This document shows, one piece after another, positions 34,251-44,751 of a stretch of DNA of 52,145 nucleotides (position 1 is the stretch's first letter; every line of letters begins with the position of its first letter). The stretch is from Candidatus Methanophagales archaeon (lineage in GTDB: Archaea; Halobacteriota; Syntropharchaeia; Alkanophagales; Methanospirareceae): positions 1-52,145 of the forward strand of contig JAUWND010000001.1 in NCBI GenBank assembly GCA_030612835.1, written 5' to 3'. The notes under the pieces were generated by a model. The model made no database searches, was not told where the DNA came from, and saw nothing but the letters and a program-made list of their open reading frames with translations. The position numbers and the translations under genes were made by a program.

Positions 34251-37200
34251 ATGAAGTTAGCGGCAATAACATGGGGAAGTGATATGGCATTGCTCATTAA
34301 TGCCTGTAAAGAGCTTGGTGTGGCGTTAAACGTCTGGTCAACCTATGAGGTAGAGGATGCGAGGAAGCGAAAGGTGTGCATAAAATCCCTTGGAGAGGCG
34401 GACATCATTCTCTTACATCCCTCAAACGAGGCACATTGGGATGAGATAATCGATGGACTGGATAAAGGAGTCCCTACAATCTCTTTTGGACATGATTCTT
34501 CCTACTGGTCGCTTTCTAATGTCCCCTTAGATGTTGTTGCAACGGTCAATGCATACCACACATATGGCGAGGCAGGGAACATAACTAATATGGTACGATA
34601 CATAGGAAAAGAGGTTTTAGGTCTTGATTATAAATATGAGAACCCAAAAGAGTCGCTGTGGGAGGGCATATATCATCCGGATGCCGAAATCGCTTTCGAC
34701 TGCTTAGATGACTATTTCGCGTGGTATAAACCCAATCGCAAGCATAAGGTCGGTATTCTCTTCTTTCGTACTTATTGGGCGAGCAGAGACCTTGAACCCG
34801 TGAATGCTCTGATTCGCGAATTAGAAAACGAGTTTGATGTGATACCTGTCTTCAGCTATGGGATGGGCGATAAGGAATTAGGCGCCAAATCGAGCGGAGA
34901 AGTCATTGACGCTTTCTTTATGGACATAATTGATGCATTCATAAATCTTCAATCGGCATTTAATGCCGGAGACGAGGGTGGGACGGTACCAGCACTGAAG
35001 AAACTCGATGTACCGGTATTCCACCCCGTTATGCCATACCATGCGACAGAAGAGGAATGGAGAAACGATATAATGGGGTTAAGCAGCCTGGAAGTTGGCT
35101 GGAGTCTTGCGATGCCGGAATTAGAAGGCGTAATCGAACCGATAATAATAGGTGCATTAAAAAGAGATAGTGATAACGAATTCGAGCAGCATACACAGAT
35201 AGAAGAACGGGTGAAAAAGATTGCGCTCCGGGTGAAGAACTGGATAGAGCTGAAAGATAAACCAAAATCAGACAGAAAAGTGGCATTTATCCTACATAAT
35301 AATCCATGTGCAAGCGTTGAAGCAACAGTAGGCGGGGCTGCGCATCTTGATGCCCTGGAAAGTGCCGCGAGGATATTGAGGAGAATGAAAGAGGCGGGCT
35401 ATTCTATCGAGCCACCGGAAGGTGGTAAAGCGCTTATAGAGACGATTATGTCCCGAAAGGCGATTTCTGAGTTCCGATGGACTACGATAGATGAAATTGT
35501 AAATAAAGGCGGGGCACTCGCAATGATAGATAAAGCAGAATATGAAAAGTGGTTTGATACACTCGCCCAAGAAGTGAAGGAAAGAACATGTGAAGCATGG
35601 GGAAATCCTCCTGGTGAGGCGAAGGATGGTGTCCCCGCCGCAATGGTTTATGATAATAAGATCGTGGTAACAGGCGTAAATTATGGAAATGCCGTTGTTT
35701 GCGTGCAGCCGAAGCGAGGATGCGCGGGTTCACGATGTGACGGGCAGGTATGCAAGGTTTTACACGACCCGGAAGTGCCGCCACCGCATCAATATCTCGC
35801 CACCTACCAGTACTTGGAAAATACCTTCGGCGCAGATGTGATTGTCCATGTAGGAACGCATGGCAACCTGGAGTTTTTGCCCGGCAAATCGGTCGCGCTC
35901 TCGGAGAGCTGCTACCCTGATATTGCAATAGGGAATTTGCCTCATCTGTATATCTACAATTCTGATAATCCTCCGGAAGGGACAATAGCAAAGAGGAGGT
36001 GTTATGCAACGCTCGTTGACCATATGCAGACAGTTATGACCGAAAGTGGCTTGTATGGCGATTTAAAAGGTCTTGAAGACAATATTGCAGAATATAACAA
36101 GGTTAAATCATCCGATAAGGCAAGAGCGCATGCGTTAGAGCACATAATTGTTGATTTGATAAGGAAGACGAAACTGTCAGAGGAGATAAAGCTTGATAAA
36201 AGGTTAGAGGATGGGTATTCATTTGCGGGAGTAATAGAACTTGCACACAGCGCTATCACTCGCATATACAACACGCAGATTCCTGATGGCATGCATATAT
36301 TCGGCGAAGTTCCCGGAGGTGGTAAGAAGGTCGAGTTAATCAATTCGATACTGAAACATGATTCAGAGCTAAGAATACTGATTTTTGGGCTTCTGGGACT
36401 CGATATAGCGCCATCCGAAGCGGAAAGCGAGCTTTTAGCTAAGGTGGATGGCTTTGCGAAGGAGTTTATTTCTGCCTTCTTATCAGAAGAGGAACCTCTT
36501 GAAGCAGCGAAGCGGATATTTGGGGGCGAATTTAAGCGGGAAAAGACAGAAAAGCTATATTCGATGTGGGAAAAGGTAATGGATATTTCTTCAAGGATAG
36601 TGGCATCGGACGAGATGGGTAGTTTGTTTCATGGCTTTGATGCAGGATACATCGAGCCGGGACCTTCGGGGCTCATAACAAGAGGAAAGCCCGAGATACT
36701 ACCCACAGGCAGGAACTTTTATTCTCTTGACCCGTTTAAGATCCCAACAAGAGCTGCCTGGGAGATCGGTAAGCGACTTGCAGATGGAGTGATCGGGAAA
36801 TACGAGGCGGAGAACGGAAAGCCGCCTGAGAACATTGCTATGTACTGGACGGCATCAGACATCATGTGGGCAGATGGCGAGCAACTAGCACAGATATTGT
36901 ATTTAGTCGGCGTGGAGCCAGTTTGGAAAGGCGGAAAGGTAAATGGATACAGGATAATGCCATTAGAAGAACTTGGTCGCCCGAGGATAGATGTAACAAT
37001 AAGAGTGAGTGGAATCACGAGAGATTGCTTTTACAATTGCATCGAACTCGTAGATGAGGCAATAGAGGAAGTTGCTATGCTTGACGAACCGATAGAAGAG
37101 AACTATGTGAGAAAACATGCATTGGACACGGAGAAGAAGAATAGAACAGAAAATGAGACAGAATATGCACATATATTCGGAAGTAAGCCGGGCACGTATG

Positions 37201-37988
37201 GAAACGGCGTGAATTTAGCGGTCTATGCATCTGCGTGGAAGGAGGATAAAGACCTGTCAGATGTGTTTGTGCATTGGAGCAGATATGCATACGGGAAGAG
37301 ATTTTTTGGTGTCGAAGCGCAGGATACGCTCGTTGCGCAGCTTGGAACTGTTAACCTCACTTTCAATAAGACAGTTACAGATGAATACGATCTGTTGGGC
37401 TGCTGTTGCTATTTCGGGACTCATGGCGGTCTAACAACTGTGGCGAAGGAGATTTCCGGGAATGATGTGCACGCATATTATGGTGATACGAGGGACCGGG
37501 ACAAAATAGAAGTACGGAGCCTTGCAGACGAGGTGAGAAGGGTTGTCCGGTCGAAGTTGCTGAATCCGAAATGGATAGCTGGAATGAAGCGTCATGGCTA
37601 CAAAGGTGCTGGTGACATATCAAAGCGGATAGGAAGGGTTTACGGCTGGGAAGCGACCACGCAAGAGGTAGATGATTGGATATTCGATGATATTGCAAGG
37701 ACCTTCGTATTGGATACGGAGATGAGGGAGTTCTTTGAGCAGAACAACCCCTGGGCGTTGGAAGAGGTCGGAAGAAGATTGTTAGAGGCTTATGAACGTG
37801 GGCTATGGGATGCAGATGATGAAGTAATAAAAGGATTGAAGAGCGCATACCTCGAGATGGAAGGGTGGATAGAAGAGAAGATGGGCGATGTGAAAGGCGA
37901 TTTCCAGGGTGGTGCGATAGATGTGATGCCAATAGAGGATTTTAAAGTATTGAATGAAAATGTGAAAGAGATACAAAAGGGTGAATAG
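34251..37988 (+). CDS. cobN: CobN/BchH-family large chelatase subunit (class I, ATP-dependent chelatase)
   Basis: The 1245-aa ORF is CobN-like over its whole length, for example HVGTHGNLEFLPGK, YIYNSDNPPEGTIAKRR, LLPTGRNFYSLDP and RVSGITRD. Confidence 0.85.
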   Translation: MKLAAITWGSDMALLINACKELGVALNVWSTYEVEDARKRKVCIKSLGEADIILLHPSNEAHWDEIIDGLDKGVPTISFGHDSSYWSLSNVPLDVVATVNAYHTYGEAGNITNMVRYIGKEVLGLDYKYENPKESLWEGIYHPDAEIAFDCLDDYFAWYKPNRKHKVGILFFRTYWASRDLEPVNALIRELENEFDVIPVFSYGMGDKELGAKSSGEVIDAFFMDIIDAFINLQSAFNAGDEGGTVPALKKLDVPVFHPVMPYHATEEEWRNDIMGLSSLEVGWSLAMPELEGVIEPIIIGALKRDSDNEFEQHTQIEERVKKIALRVKNWIELKDKPKSDRKVAFILHNNPCASVEATVGGAAHLDALESAARILRRMKEAGYSIEPPEGGKALIETIMSRKAISEFRWTTIDEIVNKGGALAMIDKAEYEKWFDTLAQEVKERTCEAWGNPPGEAKDGVPAAMVYDNKIVVTGVNYGNAVVCVQPKRGCAGSRCDGQVCKVLHDPEVPPPHQYLATYQYLENTFGADVIVHVGTHGNLEFLPGKSVALSESCYPDIAIGNLPHLYIYNSDNPPEGTIAKRRCYATLVDHMQTVMTESGLYGDLKGLEDNIAEYNKVKSSDKARAHALEHIIVDLIRKTKLSEEIKLDKRLEDGYSFAGVIELAHSAITRIYNTQIPDGMHIFGEVPGGGKKVELINSILKHDSELRILIFGLLGLDIAPSEAESELLAKVDGFAKEFISAFLSEEEPLEAAKRIFGGEFKREKTEKLYSMWEKVMDISSRIVASDEMGSLFHGFDAGYIEPGPSGLITRGKPEILPTGRNFYSLDPFKIPTRAAWEIGKRLADGVIGKYEAENGKPPENIAMYWTASDIMWADGEQLAQILYLVGVEPVWKGGKVNGYRIMPLEELGRPRIDVTIRVSGITRDCFYNCIELVDEAIEEVAMLDEPIEENYVRKHALDTEKKNRTENETEYAHIFGSKPGTYGNGVNLAVYASAWKEDKDLSDVFVHWSRYAYGKRFFGVEAQDTLVAQLGTVNLTFNKTVTDEYDLLGCCCYFGTHGGLTTVAKEISGNDVHAYYGDTRDRDKIEVRSLADEVRRVVRSKLLNPKWIAGMKRHGYKGAGDISKRIGRVYGWEATTQEVDDWIFDDIARTFVLDTEMREFFEQNNPWALEEVGRRLLEAYERGLWDADDEVIKGLKSAYLEMEGWIEEKMGDVKGDFQGGAIDVMPIEDFKVLNENVKEIQKGE

Positions 37989-37995
37989 GAATAAG

Positions 37996-38026
37996 ACCAC
38001 GAGATTACACAAGATTACACAGAGAG
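37996..38026 (+). repeat. R1 repeat copy just downstream of cobN
   Basis: ACCACGAGATTACACAAGATTACACAGAGAG. Confidence 0.75.
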
Positions 38027-38186
38027 AGAAAACGAAAGTATCTTAATGGGAGTCCAGCTATTCCTTTATCTGGTGATAAAAAAGATACATTGCTCGTTAG
38101 GGGTGAAACCAGATGAAAATTGAAGAACGATTTACGGGGAGGGAGAAGGGAAAAAGAAGGTTTTGAATTCGTCATTGGTATCAGAT

Positions 38187-39040
38187 ATGTTAGTTTTACT
38201 TCTTTTGATGGTTTTTGTGCTCCTTGCAACTCTTTCAGCAGCGGCAGAACCGGGAGCAGTATGGATCAATGCGCCTTAATATGTAGAGGAAGAAGGAACT
38301 TTTGATTCAAACGTTGTGGTTGTTACCGCTGTTAGGGCTGGACGCTTGAATGAGGCGACAATACCCGTAGGGATGTGGAAGTTAATGGGTAAAAATACAA
38401 TCAGAGTGCTTCCTGACGTTCCAGGGCTTAAGTGGCTGTCGGCGTATATCTCTGGAAAAGCTCGCAGTGCATAGTTGAAGATAATGTCTGTGAGGGATGT
38501 TCCCATGGAATTTACCTGGGTAATTCGTCTGAGAACATCGTGCGGGACAACATCTGCAATAACGGCACTAAAGCCAGACCCTTGTTCCTGGACGGAGACG
38601 GTATACACCTCGACTACTCGGCGGATAATAATCTAACTGTGAACAACACATGCTGCTGGAACGAAGACGAGGGCATTGACGTATGGACTAGTTCTAATAA
38701 CACCATAAAGAGGAATGAAATCTGTGAGAATAAAGAAGGTGGTGTTGATTTGATCTGCTCCTCAAATACAAAAATATACCTCAACAACTTCGTGAACAAT
38801 GCTGGAAGTAAAGACAGGGATTCCAATATCTGGAACTCAACATCAAAAATAACATACACTTACAAGGGCAATACCTACACCAATTATTTAGGCAACTACT
38901 GGAGCGAATACAACGGAAGCGATGCCGACAACGATGGACTAGGCGATACTCCTTATCGCATAGATTCAGATAAAGACAATTATCAGCTGATGGAATCCTG
39001 GGAAAAGTACGTTATGCTTTATGGGAAATATAAATCATAA
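38187..39040 (+). pseudogene. NosD-like parallel beta-helix surface protein, disrupted (premature TAA after the signal peptide plus a frameshift)
   Basis: The signal peptide MLVLLLLMVFVLLATLSAAAEPGAVWINAP ends in TAA at 38277. Beta-helix repeats resume in other frames (GVYLWKSSQCIVEDNVCEGCSHGIYLGNSSENIVRDNICNN...IDVWTSSNNTIKRNEICEN...DADNDGLGDTPY). Confidence 0.55.
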
Positions 39041-39081
39041 AATAAGTGTGAAATGTTATAGCTAAAAAGCATTACAATAAT

Positions 39082-39352
39082 ATGATGGAGATCATATATA
39101 CTTCGCTGATATACACCCTTTACTGGATGTCAAGAGTTATCCTGATCATAGCAATAGGTATATTTGCGACGAGTTTCGCGGTTAACATCGGGCTAATGCG
39201 GAAATTTGACCGGTTGATTAATACCTTTATGTACAACTAGAAACTACAAAGGTGGCAGGGTAATTAATGGTTTTCACCGATTCCTGTATGTGATGGGAAT
39301 ACATGAAAGTCGAGAATGAGGAAACATGAAAGAATTCGAGAATTGCAATTGA
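39082..39352 (+). pseudogene. Remnants of a second Gate-domain gene (first 52 codons) and a second radical SAM gene (promoter-proximal 25 nt + 8 codons)
   Basis: MMEIIYTSLIYTLYWMSRVILIIAIGIFATSFAVNIGLMRKF... parallels the N-terminus of the 31107 gene. Separately, 39301-39351 matches 30094-30145 almost base for base (ACATGAA.GTCGAGAATGAG..AACATGAA...TTCGAGAATTGCAA). Confidence 0.7.
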
Positions 39353-39463
39353 AAATCAAACAATACAGAAAAAAGTTTTATCAAATAAATATCGAAAAGA
39401 TTATATGGCGTCAATGTTAATATGTTATGTTAAATAGTCACAAATAAAAGAGGTGGATAACAA

Positions 39464-41569
39464 ATGACTCACCATGTTAGACGGGCGATACTGCCTTTTA
39501 CTGCAATTGTAGGGCAAGATACGATGAAGAATGCGCTTATTTTGAATGCCATTAACCCCCGTATAGGCGGAGTACTTATCAGAGGCGAGAAAGGAACTGC
39601 GAAATCCACCGCTGTTCGTGCTCTCGCAGAACTGTTACCAAAAATCGAAATGGTTAATGGCTGTACGTTCAATTGCAATCCTTCTGATACGCGTGAGAGG
39701 GGCGACGTCTGCTATGCCAAAAGAACGAACGGAGAAGATCTAAAAGTGACGAAGCGAAGGATGTGGGTCGTAGACCTCCCTCTCGGTGCTACAGAAGACC
39801 GGGTCGTTGGCTCAATAGATGTGGAAAAGGCGATAAAAGGCGGGATAAAGGCGCTGGAGCCCGGTATATTGGCTGCTGCAAATAGGGGTATTCTTTATAT
39901 TGACGAGGTAAATCTTTTAGATGATCACGTTGCCGATGTCATTCTGGATTCGGCTGCGATGTCAATAAACGTGGTTGAGCGAGAGGGTGTCTCTATCTCT
40001 CACCCCTCTAAGTTCATTCTGGTAGGTACAATGAACCCGGAGGAAGGCGAGCTTAGACCACAATTATTAGATCGTTTTGGGCTGCAAGCAAGTGTAGCGA
40101 GTATAGATGATGCCGATATGCGGGTAGAAATAGTGAAACAGGTGGAAAGTTTTGAAAGAGACCCGGAAGAGTTCAAGGAACGATTCGAGGGGAAGCAAAA
40201 AGAGTTACGTGATAAAATAGCGCATGCGAAACAGATAGTTAATGAGGTTGCAATTAGCGATGATTTACTGAAATTAACCGCAGAAACATGCATTAAACTC
40301 GGTGTAAGAACACATAGGGCTGAAATCGTTATAACAAGAGCGGCAAAAACTATTGCTGCTTTCGATAGCCGGAAAAAAGTTACCTTCGAGGATATAAAAG
40401 AGGCAATGGAATTAGCTCTTCCACATAGAATGCGTAGAAAACCCTTTGAATCTCCTAGTTTGGATAACAAGAAACTCGATGAGATGATGCAGGACACAAA
40501 GAAAGAGCATGAAGAGGAGATGAAGGAGAATACGCAACAGCAACAGAAACAGAAACAGAAACAGCAAAAGAAAGAGAAGGAAGAGCAAAAACAGCAGCAT
40601 GAACATGAGCAACCCGATAAGAATCCAGAAGGTCAAGATGACAAGGACGATGTAAGCGAATCACAAAACGAATCAGTTTTCAATATTGGCGACCCGATTG
40701 ATACAAGGGCAGTGCGGCAAAAGCAGAAGAAAGACAAGACATATCGCAGGAAGACTTCTGGGAGAAGGATCCCTACGCTCTCGCTTCGCAATAACGGGAA
40801 GTACATACGGCACGGTATCCCAAAGGGTAAAATAACGGATGTTGCGCTCGATGCGACGATACGAGCTGCGGCAGTATATCAGAAAGAGAGAGTGGTTGAT
40901 TCCGATTTAGCAGTAGTAATAAAAAGTCAGGATATTCGTGAGAAGATTCGGGTAGGAAAAATATCAACAGCAACGATGTTTGTTGTGGACGCATCAGGTT
41001 CAATGGGTGCGAATAGAAGAATGGAGAGCGCAAAAGGTGCTGTCCTTTCATTATTACTGGATTCGTATCAACAAAGAGATAAGGTCGGTATGGTCGCGTT
41101 TAAAGGTGACCAGGCAGATGTTTTGCTGCCTCTCTGTTCAAGCAGTGATTTGGCAGTTGAGAGGTTAAAGGAACTCCCGACAGGAGGGAGAACACCCTTG
41201 GCTGCCGGTTTGGAACAGGGCTTAAATCTCCTGATGGCGGAAAAGCATCGTGATGAAGAAGCGATACCAATTCTGCTGTTAATATCCGATGGTCGTGCAA
41301 ATGTGTCCGCAGGAGGGAGCAAAGAGCTAGAGAAGGAGCTGTTAGCGCTCGCAGAACAAGCACGAGCTAAAGGTATATATGTGATTGTCATTGATACAGA
41401 AATAGTCAGCGACTCGTTTATTCAGATGCAGCTTGGATATTGCAGAGCGATAGCAAGCTATTCCGGAGGTAAATATTACCCGATTGCGGATTTGACCTCG
41501 GGGGCAGTGCGGGATATTGTTATCCGTGAGCGAAACATGTTAAACGATCTGCAGACGGTTGTGGGCTGA
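39464..41569 (+). CDS. ChlI/ChlD-type chelatase subunit: AAA+ module, Q/K/E-rich linker and vWA domain in one polypeptide
   Basis: [38 protein letters not shown] (Walker A), LYIDEVNLL (Walker B), the linker [21 protein letters not shown], and the v[15 protein letters not shown]. Confidence 0.85.
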   Translation: MTHHVRRAILPFTAIVGQDTMKNALILNAINPRIGGVLIRGEKGTAKSTAVRALAELLPKIEMVNGCTFNCNPSDTRERGDVCYAKRTNGEDLKVTKRRMWVVDLPLGATEDRVVGSIDVEKAIKGGIKALEPGILAAANRGILYIDEVNLLDDHVADVILDSAAMSINVVEREGVSISHPSKFILVGTMNPEEGELRPQLLDRFGLQASVASIDDADMRVEIVKQVESFERDPEEFKERFEGKQKELRDKIAHAKQIVNEVAISDDLLKLTAETCIKLGVRTHRAEIVITRAAKTIAAFDSRKKVTFEDIKEAMELALPHRMRRKPFESPSLDNKKLDEMMQDTKKEHEEEMKENTQQQQKQKQKQQKKEKEEQKQQHEHEQPDKNPEGQDDKDDVSESQNESVFNIGDPIDTRAVRQKQKKDKTYRRKTSGRRIPTLSLRNNGKYIRHGIPKGKITDVALDATIRAAAVYQKERVVDSDLAVVIKSQDIREKIRVGKISTATMFVVDASGSMGANRRMESAKGAVLSLLLDSYQQRDKVGMVAFKGDQADVLLPLCSSSDLAVERLKELPTGGRTPLAAGLEQGLNLLMAEKHRDEEAIPILLLISDGRANVSAGGSKELEKELLALAEQARAKGIYVIVIDTEIVSDSFIQMQLGYCRAIASYSGGKYYPIADLTSGAVRDIVIRERNMLNDLQTVVG

Positions 41570-41681
41570 AAATGATGTGAAGGAGGTTATCTTATGGAGG
41601 AAGAGACAAGAAAATAAATTATTTTTTGGACACAGATTAACACTAAAACTTTTTAGAAAAAAAAGTTTTATCAAAAGCCAA

Positions 41682-41716
41682 TTTCTTTGGTAAAGCTTTC
41701 TTTTTTAAAGAAAGGT
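41682..41716 (+). repeat. R2 repeat copy (TTTCTTTGGTAAAGCTTTCTTT + CTTTCTTT/AAAGAAAG hairpin)
   Basis: The same 22-mer occurs at 49024-49045 (+) and 46757-46778 (-). Confidence 0.8.
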
Positions 41717-41754
41717 TTGTGTAAATCTGCGTCCTAAATAGGTAGAAGTCATAC

Positions 41755-41762
41755 TTTATATA
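41755..41762 (+). promoter_or_regulatory. TATA box (TTTATATA) inside a repeated promoter cassette; predicts a leaderless mRNA starting at the ATG at 41783
   Basis: The box centre is about 25 nt upstream of the ATG at 41783 (MRCKILTLLLFLATAAF..., a clean signal peptide). The ORF-track start at 41765 is only 3 nt from the box. Confidence 0.5.
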
Positions 41763-41782
41763 CAATGGAAAAACGAGGAAAG

Positions 41783-42373
41783 ATGAGATGTAAGATCCTG
41801 ACGTTATTGCTGTTCTTAGCAACTGCTGCTTTTCTTGCGGGCACGGTTACGGCGGTTCCAGGCACAGATGGAGTGACAAGGTCTGCGCCTGCTGATCCCG
41901 TTCCGGGTGCTGAATTCGATGTAAAGCTAACGATTAGTGGTGAACGTCCTCTGGTGGTTGGTATTGTGGAGACGATTCCAGAAGGCTTCGATTTTGTAAG
42001 TACATCTCATACCCCTGACCAGTACGATGTTTCCGGACAAAAAATTGTTTTCGCTGTGATAAACGAGACGGAGATACTATACAGGGTTAAGGCGTCTTCT
42101 TCGGGTTTGGACACATTTACCGGGACTTGGATTGATATGCTAAGCCAGAAGGAAGGAAGCATCGCAGGTACAGGTGGGATAGAAGAAGGCTCTACGCCAA
42201 CACCTACGCCTACGCCTACGCCAGCAACAACGCCAACACCAGAGGTGCCGGGCTTCGAGACTTTTTTCACCGCGCTAACGCTAGTAATTGCGGGTCTCTT
42301 TGTAGTTCTGTTGAGGAATAAAGAAGAGGGAGGTCGTGTAGAACGAGGAACGTATTATCTTATATATTGGTAA
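41783..42373 (+). CDS. Secreted surface protein with Thr/Pro linker and PGF-CTERM-type archaeosortase signal
   Basis: It has a signal peptide, one beta-rich domain, and then TPTPTPTPTPATTPTPEVPGFETFFTALTLVIAGLFVVLLRNK. Confidence 0.65.
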   Translation: MRCKILTLLLFLATAAFLAGTVTAVPGTDGVTRSAPADPVPGAEFDVKLTISGERPLVVGIVETIPEGFDFVSTSHTPDQYDVSGQKIVFAVINETEILYRVKASSSGLDTFTGTWIDMLSQKEGSIAGTGGIEEGSTPTPTPTPTPATTPTPEVPGFETFFTALTLVIAGLFVVLLRNKEEGGRVERGTYYLIYW

Positions 42374-43554
42374 TGGTGCTTATAGGATCTACGGTGCCGC
42401 TGACGGTTATGCCCGCAATTGCAACTGGGATACCCGGAGATGATGATGGAAATGACAACATAACAGAGAAAGAACTTGCGGGTAACATCCTTACCTATAT
42501 GCTGGGAGAGGGCGATCTCAGCCTGGATGAGTTACGGGATGCCGCGCACGTCTATGCATACTGGAATGGTGTGCCGAGGACGATAGTTGATACTGCAGAG
42601 AGAACGGTGACGATATACAAGCCTGTAAAGAAGATTGTCGTCCTTAGTTCTGATGGTGCTCGAGCGTTACGGATTTTGGGCGATGAAGATAAAGTTGTAG
42701 GAATTAGCGAAACTATCAAAAGGCATCCTTATTACTTCCCCGAGATGTCGCAGAAAAAAAGCGTTGGAACGTGGAAAGAAGTAGATTGGGAAGAAATTGT
42801 ATCCTTGGAGCCAGACTTACTAATAACCTACGCTACGGGTTCAATTAATGCGGATTTAGCGGCAGAGAAGCTTGATCCGTTTGGCATAACCGTAGTGGGC
42901 TTGTATTTTTATGTGACAGACGAATATGAACAGATATTTGACGAACTTGAGAAGCTTGCAATACTACTGGAGAAAGAAGAGGCGGCAGAGAAGTATCTCA
43001 AATGGCATGACGAGTATGAAGCACGTGTTCACGACTTTATTGCGGGCAAAGAAAAGCCAAACGTCTTTATGACCTATACCGGTGGTTCAATAGGAAAGAT
43101 TATGGAGATTGCAAGCTATGGTCCCGGAGCAATCGACTACACGTTATGTGAAAAGGCTGGAGGTAGACCCATTACTGAGGACTTTAGCACTAAATATCCT
43201 AAAGTAAGTGCTGAATGGGTTTTGACTGAGAACCCTGATATAATCATACTGAAGAGTGGTGATGTTTTTGGAGGCTGGGATAACGAAACCGAGCCCGCGG
43301 ACCTCATAGCCCAAATGATGGTAGGGAAAAATTGGGATGATATAAATGCAACCGAGAATAACAAAATATATGCTGTGCCCTGGTCTATTACAAACGGATT
43401 GGAGCACATCTATGGTGAGGTTCTCTTAGCGAAGATTTGCCAGCCGGAACTTGATATAGACCCAACAGAGGTCTATAAGGAGTTCCTTGAAGACTTCTTG
43501 AGAGTTGAGTATCCCGAAGGAAAGGTACTTGTGTACCCGCTTCTGGCAACTTAA
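42367..43554 (+). CDS. ABC substrate-binding protein, BtuF/FepB (Peripla_BP_2) type
   Basis: The fold pattern is KKIVVLSSDGARALRILG...PDLLITY...NPDIIIL...IYAVPW. It is followed by a FecCD permease and its ATPase. The start is uncertain because the signal peptide is weak. Confidence 0.7.
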   Translation: MVMVLIGSTVPLTVMPAIATGIPGDDDGNDNITEKELAGNILTYMLGEGDLSLDELRDAAHVYAYWNGVPRTIVDTAERTVTIYKPVKKIVVLSSDGARALRILGDEDKVVGISETIKRHPYYFPEMSQKKSVGTWKEVDWEEIVSLEPDLLITYATGSINADLAAEKLDPFGITVVGLYFYVTDEYEQIFDELEKLAILLEKEEAAEKYLKWHDEYEARVHDFIAGKEKPNVFMTYTGGSIGKIMEIASYGPGAIDYTLCEKAGGRPITEDFSTKYPKVSAEWVLTENPDIIILKSGDVFGGWDNETEPADLIAQMMVGKNWDDINATENNKIYAVPWSITNGLEHIYGEVLLAKICQPELDIDPTEVYKEFLEDFLRVEYPEGKVLVYPLLAT

Positions 43555-43616
43555 GCCAAACATAGCATCAAGACAATACCAGATACATACAAAGAAAGAG
43601 AGCGAAAAAATAATAC

Positions 43617-44747
43617 ATGCCAGAACTAAAAATAAATGGGAGAGAAAAGAGCGCGGAAATAAAAGCAGAATATAAAAAATTCATAGGACGGAAGATCCTG
43701 TTTATTTCCTCTACCTTTATATTGATTATTTTTATTGCAGGCATAGCGGCAACGCTTGGCCCTTATCAGATCTCGGTCATAGAAGTGTATTCAATAGTCT
43801 GGCATGGCATTCCAAAGATTCTACAAAATCTCGATTTTATCCTCTCTCACAGTTTTAAAGATTTTTCACTTACATATTTTACAAAAGAGGAGAGTATTAT
43901 TTGGTTCTTACGATTGCCACCAATTGTGATGGCGATTTTAGCAGGCGTAGGGCTTGGAATTGCCGGTACAACAATGCAAGGGGTGGTAAGAAATCCATTA
44001 GCAAGTCCTTACACTTTAGGGATAGCTTCTGCGGCGGGATTTGGTGCTGCCCTTGCCATCATTTTAGGTGCTGGCTTTGCCACAGGACAGAATATTATAA
44101 TAGCAGCCAACGCATTTTTTTTCGCTTTGTGCTCTTCTTTTATCATCTATGGCATATCGCGTTACAAAGGCGTGTCACCGGAGACGATGATTCTAGCAGG
44201 TATCGCATTGATGTATTTATTCTCTGCAATGACCGGCGTTTTACAATTTTTTGGAGAGGAAAAGGCGGTGGTTGGGGTTGTATACTGGATGTTTGGAAGT
44301 CTTGCAGGAGCAACATGGGATAAGCTGTTCGTTATGTTTATTGTCCTTATCATCTGTATTCCGCTAATCATGCTAAAATCGTGGGATTTGAACACACTGA
44401 GTACAGGAGATGAGCGTGCAAAAAGCCTCGGTGTTAACGTTAATCGGACAAGGGTTGTCTGTTTCATGCTCGCATCTTTAGTGACCGCAGGCGTTATTTG
44501 CTTCACGGGTACCATTGGATTCATAGGATTGGTTGCCCCCCACATGTGTCGCATGATTATCGGAGGAGATAACAGGTATTTAATTCCAGCTTCCGGGCTT
44601 TTCGGTGCTGTTGTTTTGCTTAGCGCCAGTATTCTTGCAAGACCTCCTATAGCACCCTCATTCATACCGGTAGGATTAGTCACTGCCTTCTTAGGTGTTC
44701 CCATGTTCCTTTACTTGATACTAAGAAAAAGAAAGGGGTATTGGTAA
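43617..44747 (+). CDS. FecCD/BtuC-family ABC permease
   Basis: 376 aa and polytopic, with RLPPIVMAILAGVGLGIAGTTMQGVVRNPLASPYTLGIASAA and FTGTIGFIGLVAPHMCR. Confidence 0.85.
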   Translation: MPELKINGREKSAEIKAEYKKFIGRKILFISSTFILIIFIAGIAATLGPYQISVIEVYSIVWHGIPKILQNLDFILSHSFKDFSLTYFTKEESIIWFLRLPPIVMAILAGVGLGIAGTTMQGVVRNPLASPYTLGIASAAGFGAALAIILGAGFATGQNIIIAANAFFFALCSSFIIYGISRYKGVSPETMILAGIALMYLFSAMTGVLQFFGEEKAVVGVVYWMFGSLAGATWDKLFVMFIVLIICIPLIMLKSWDLNTLSTGDERAKSLGVNVNRTRVVCFMLASLVTAGVICFTGTIGFIGLVAPHMCRMIIGGDNRYLIPASGLFGAVVLLSASILARPPIAPSFIPVGLVTAFLGVPMFLYLILRKRKGYW

Positions 44748-44751
44748 TACA

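Larger units (their letters stand above)
41607..41766 (+). repeat. Mosaic intergenic cassette, copy X (between chlID and the PGF-CTERM gene)
   Basis: It shares, in order, CAAGAAAATAAATTATT, GACACAGATTAAC, GTAAATCTGCGTCCTAAAT and AGGTAGAAGT(C/T)ATACTTTATATACAAT with 50539-50696. Confidence 0.8.

Noticed and set aside
40505-40640. Low-complexity DNA ((CAGAAA)n-like) encoding [21 protein letters not shown].
   Set aside because: It lies exactly at the flexible linker between the AAA+ and vWA halves, where ChlD-type proteins normally have a charged or Pro-rich low-complexity segment. It is not an independent element.
42430-42500. EF-hand/dockerin-like loop (DDDGNDNITEKE) at the N-terminus of the BtuF-like binding protein.
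   Set aside because: There is only one loop, with Asp instead of Gly at position 6, and no second repeat as in true dockerins. The evidence is too weak to call from sequence alone.
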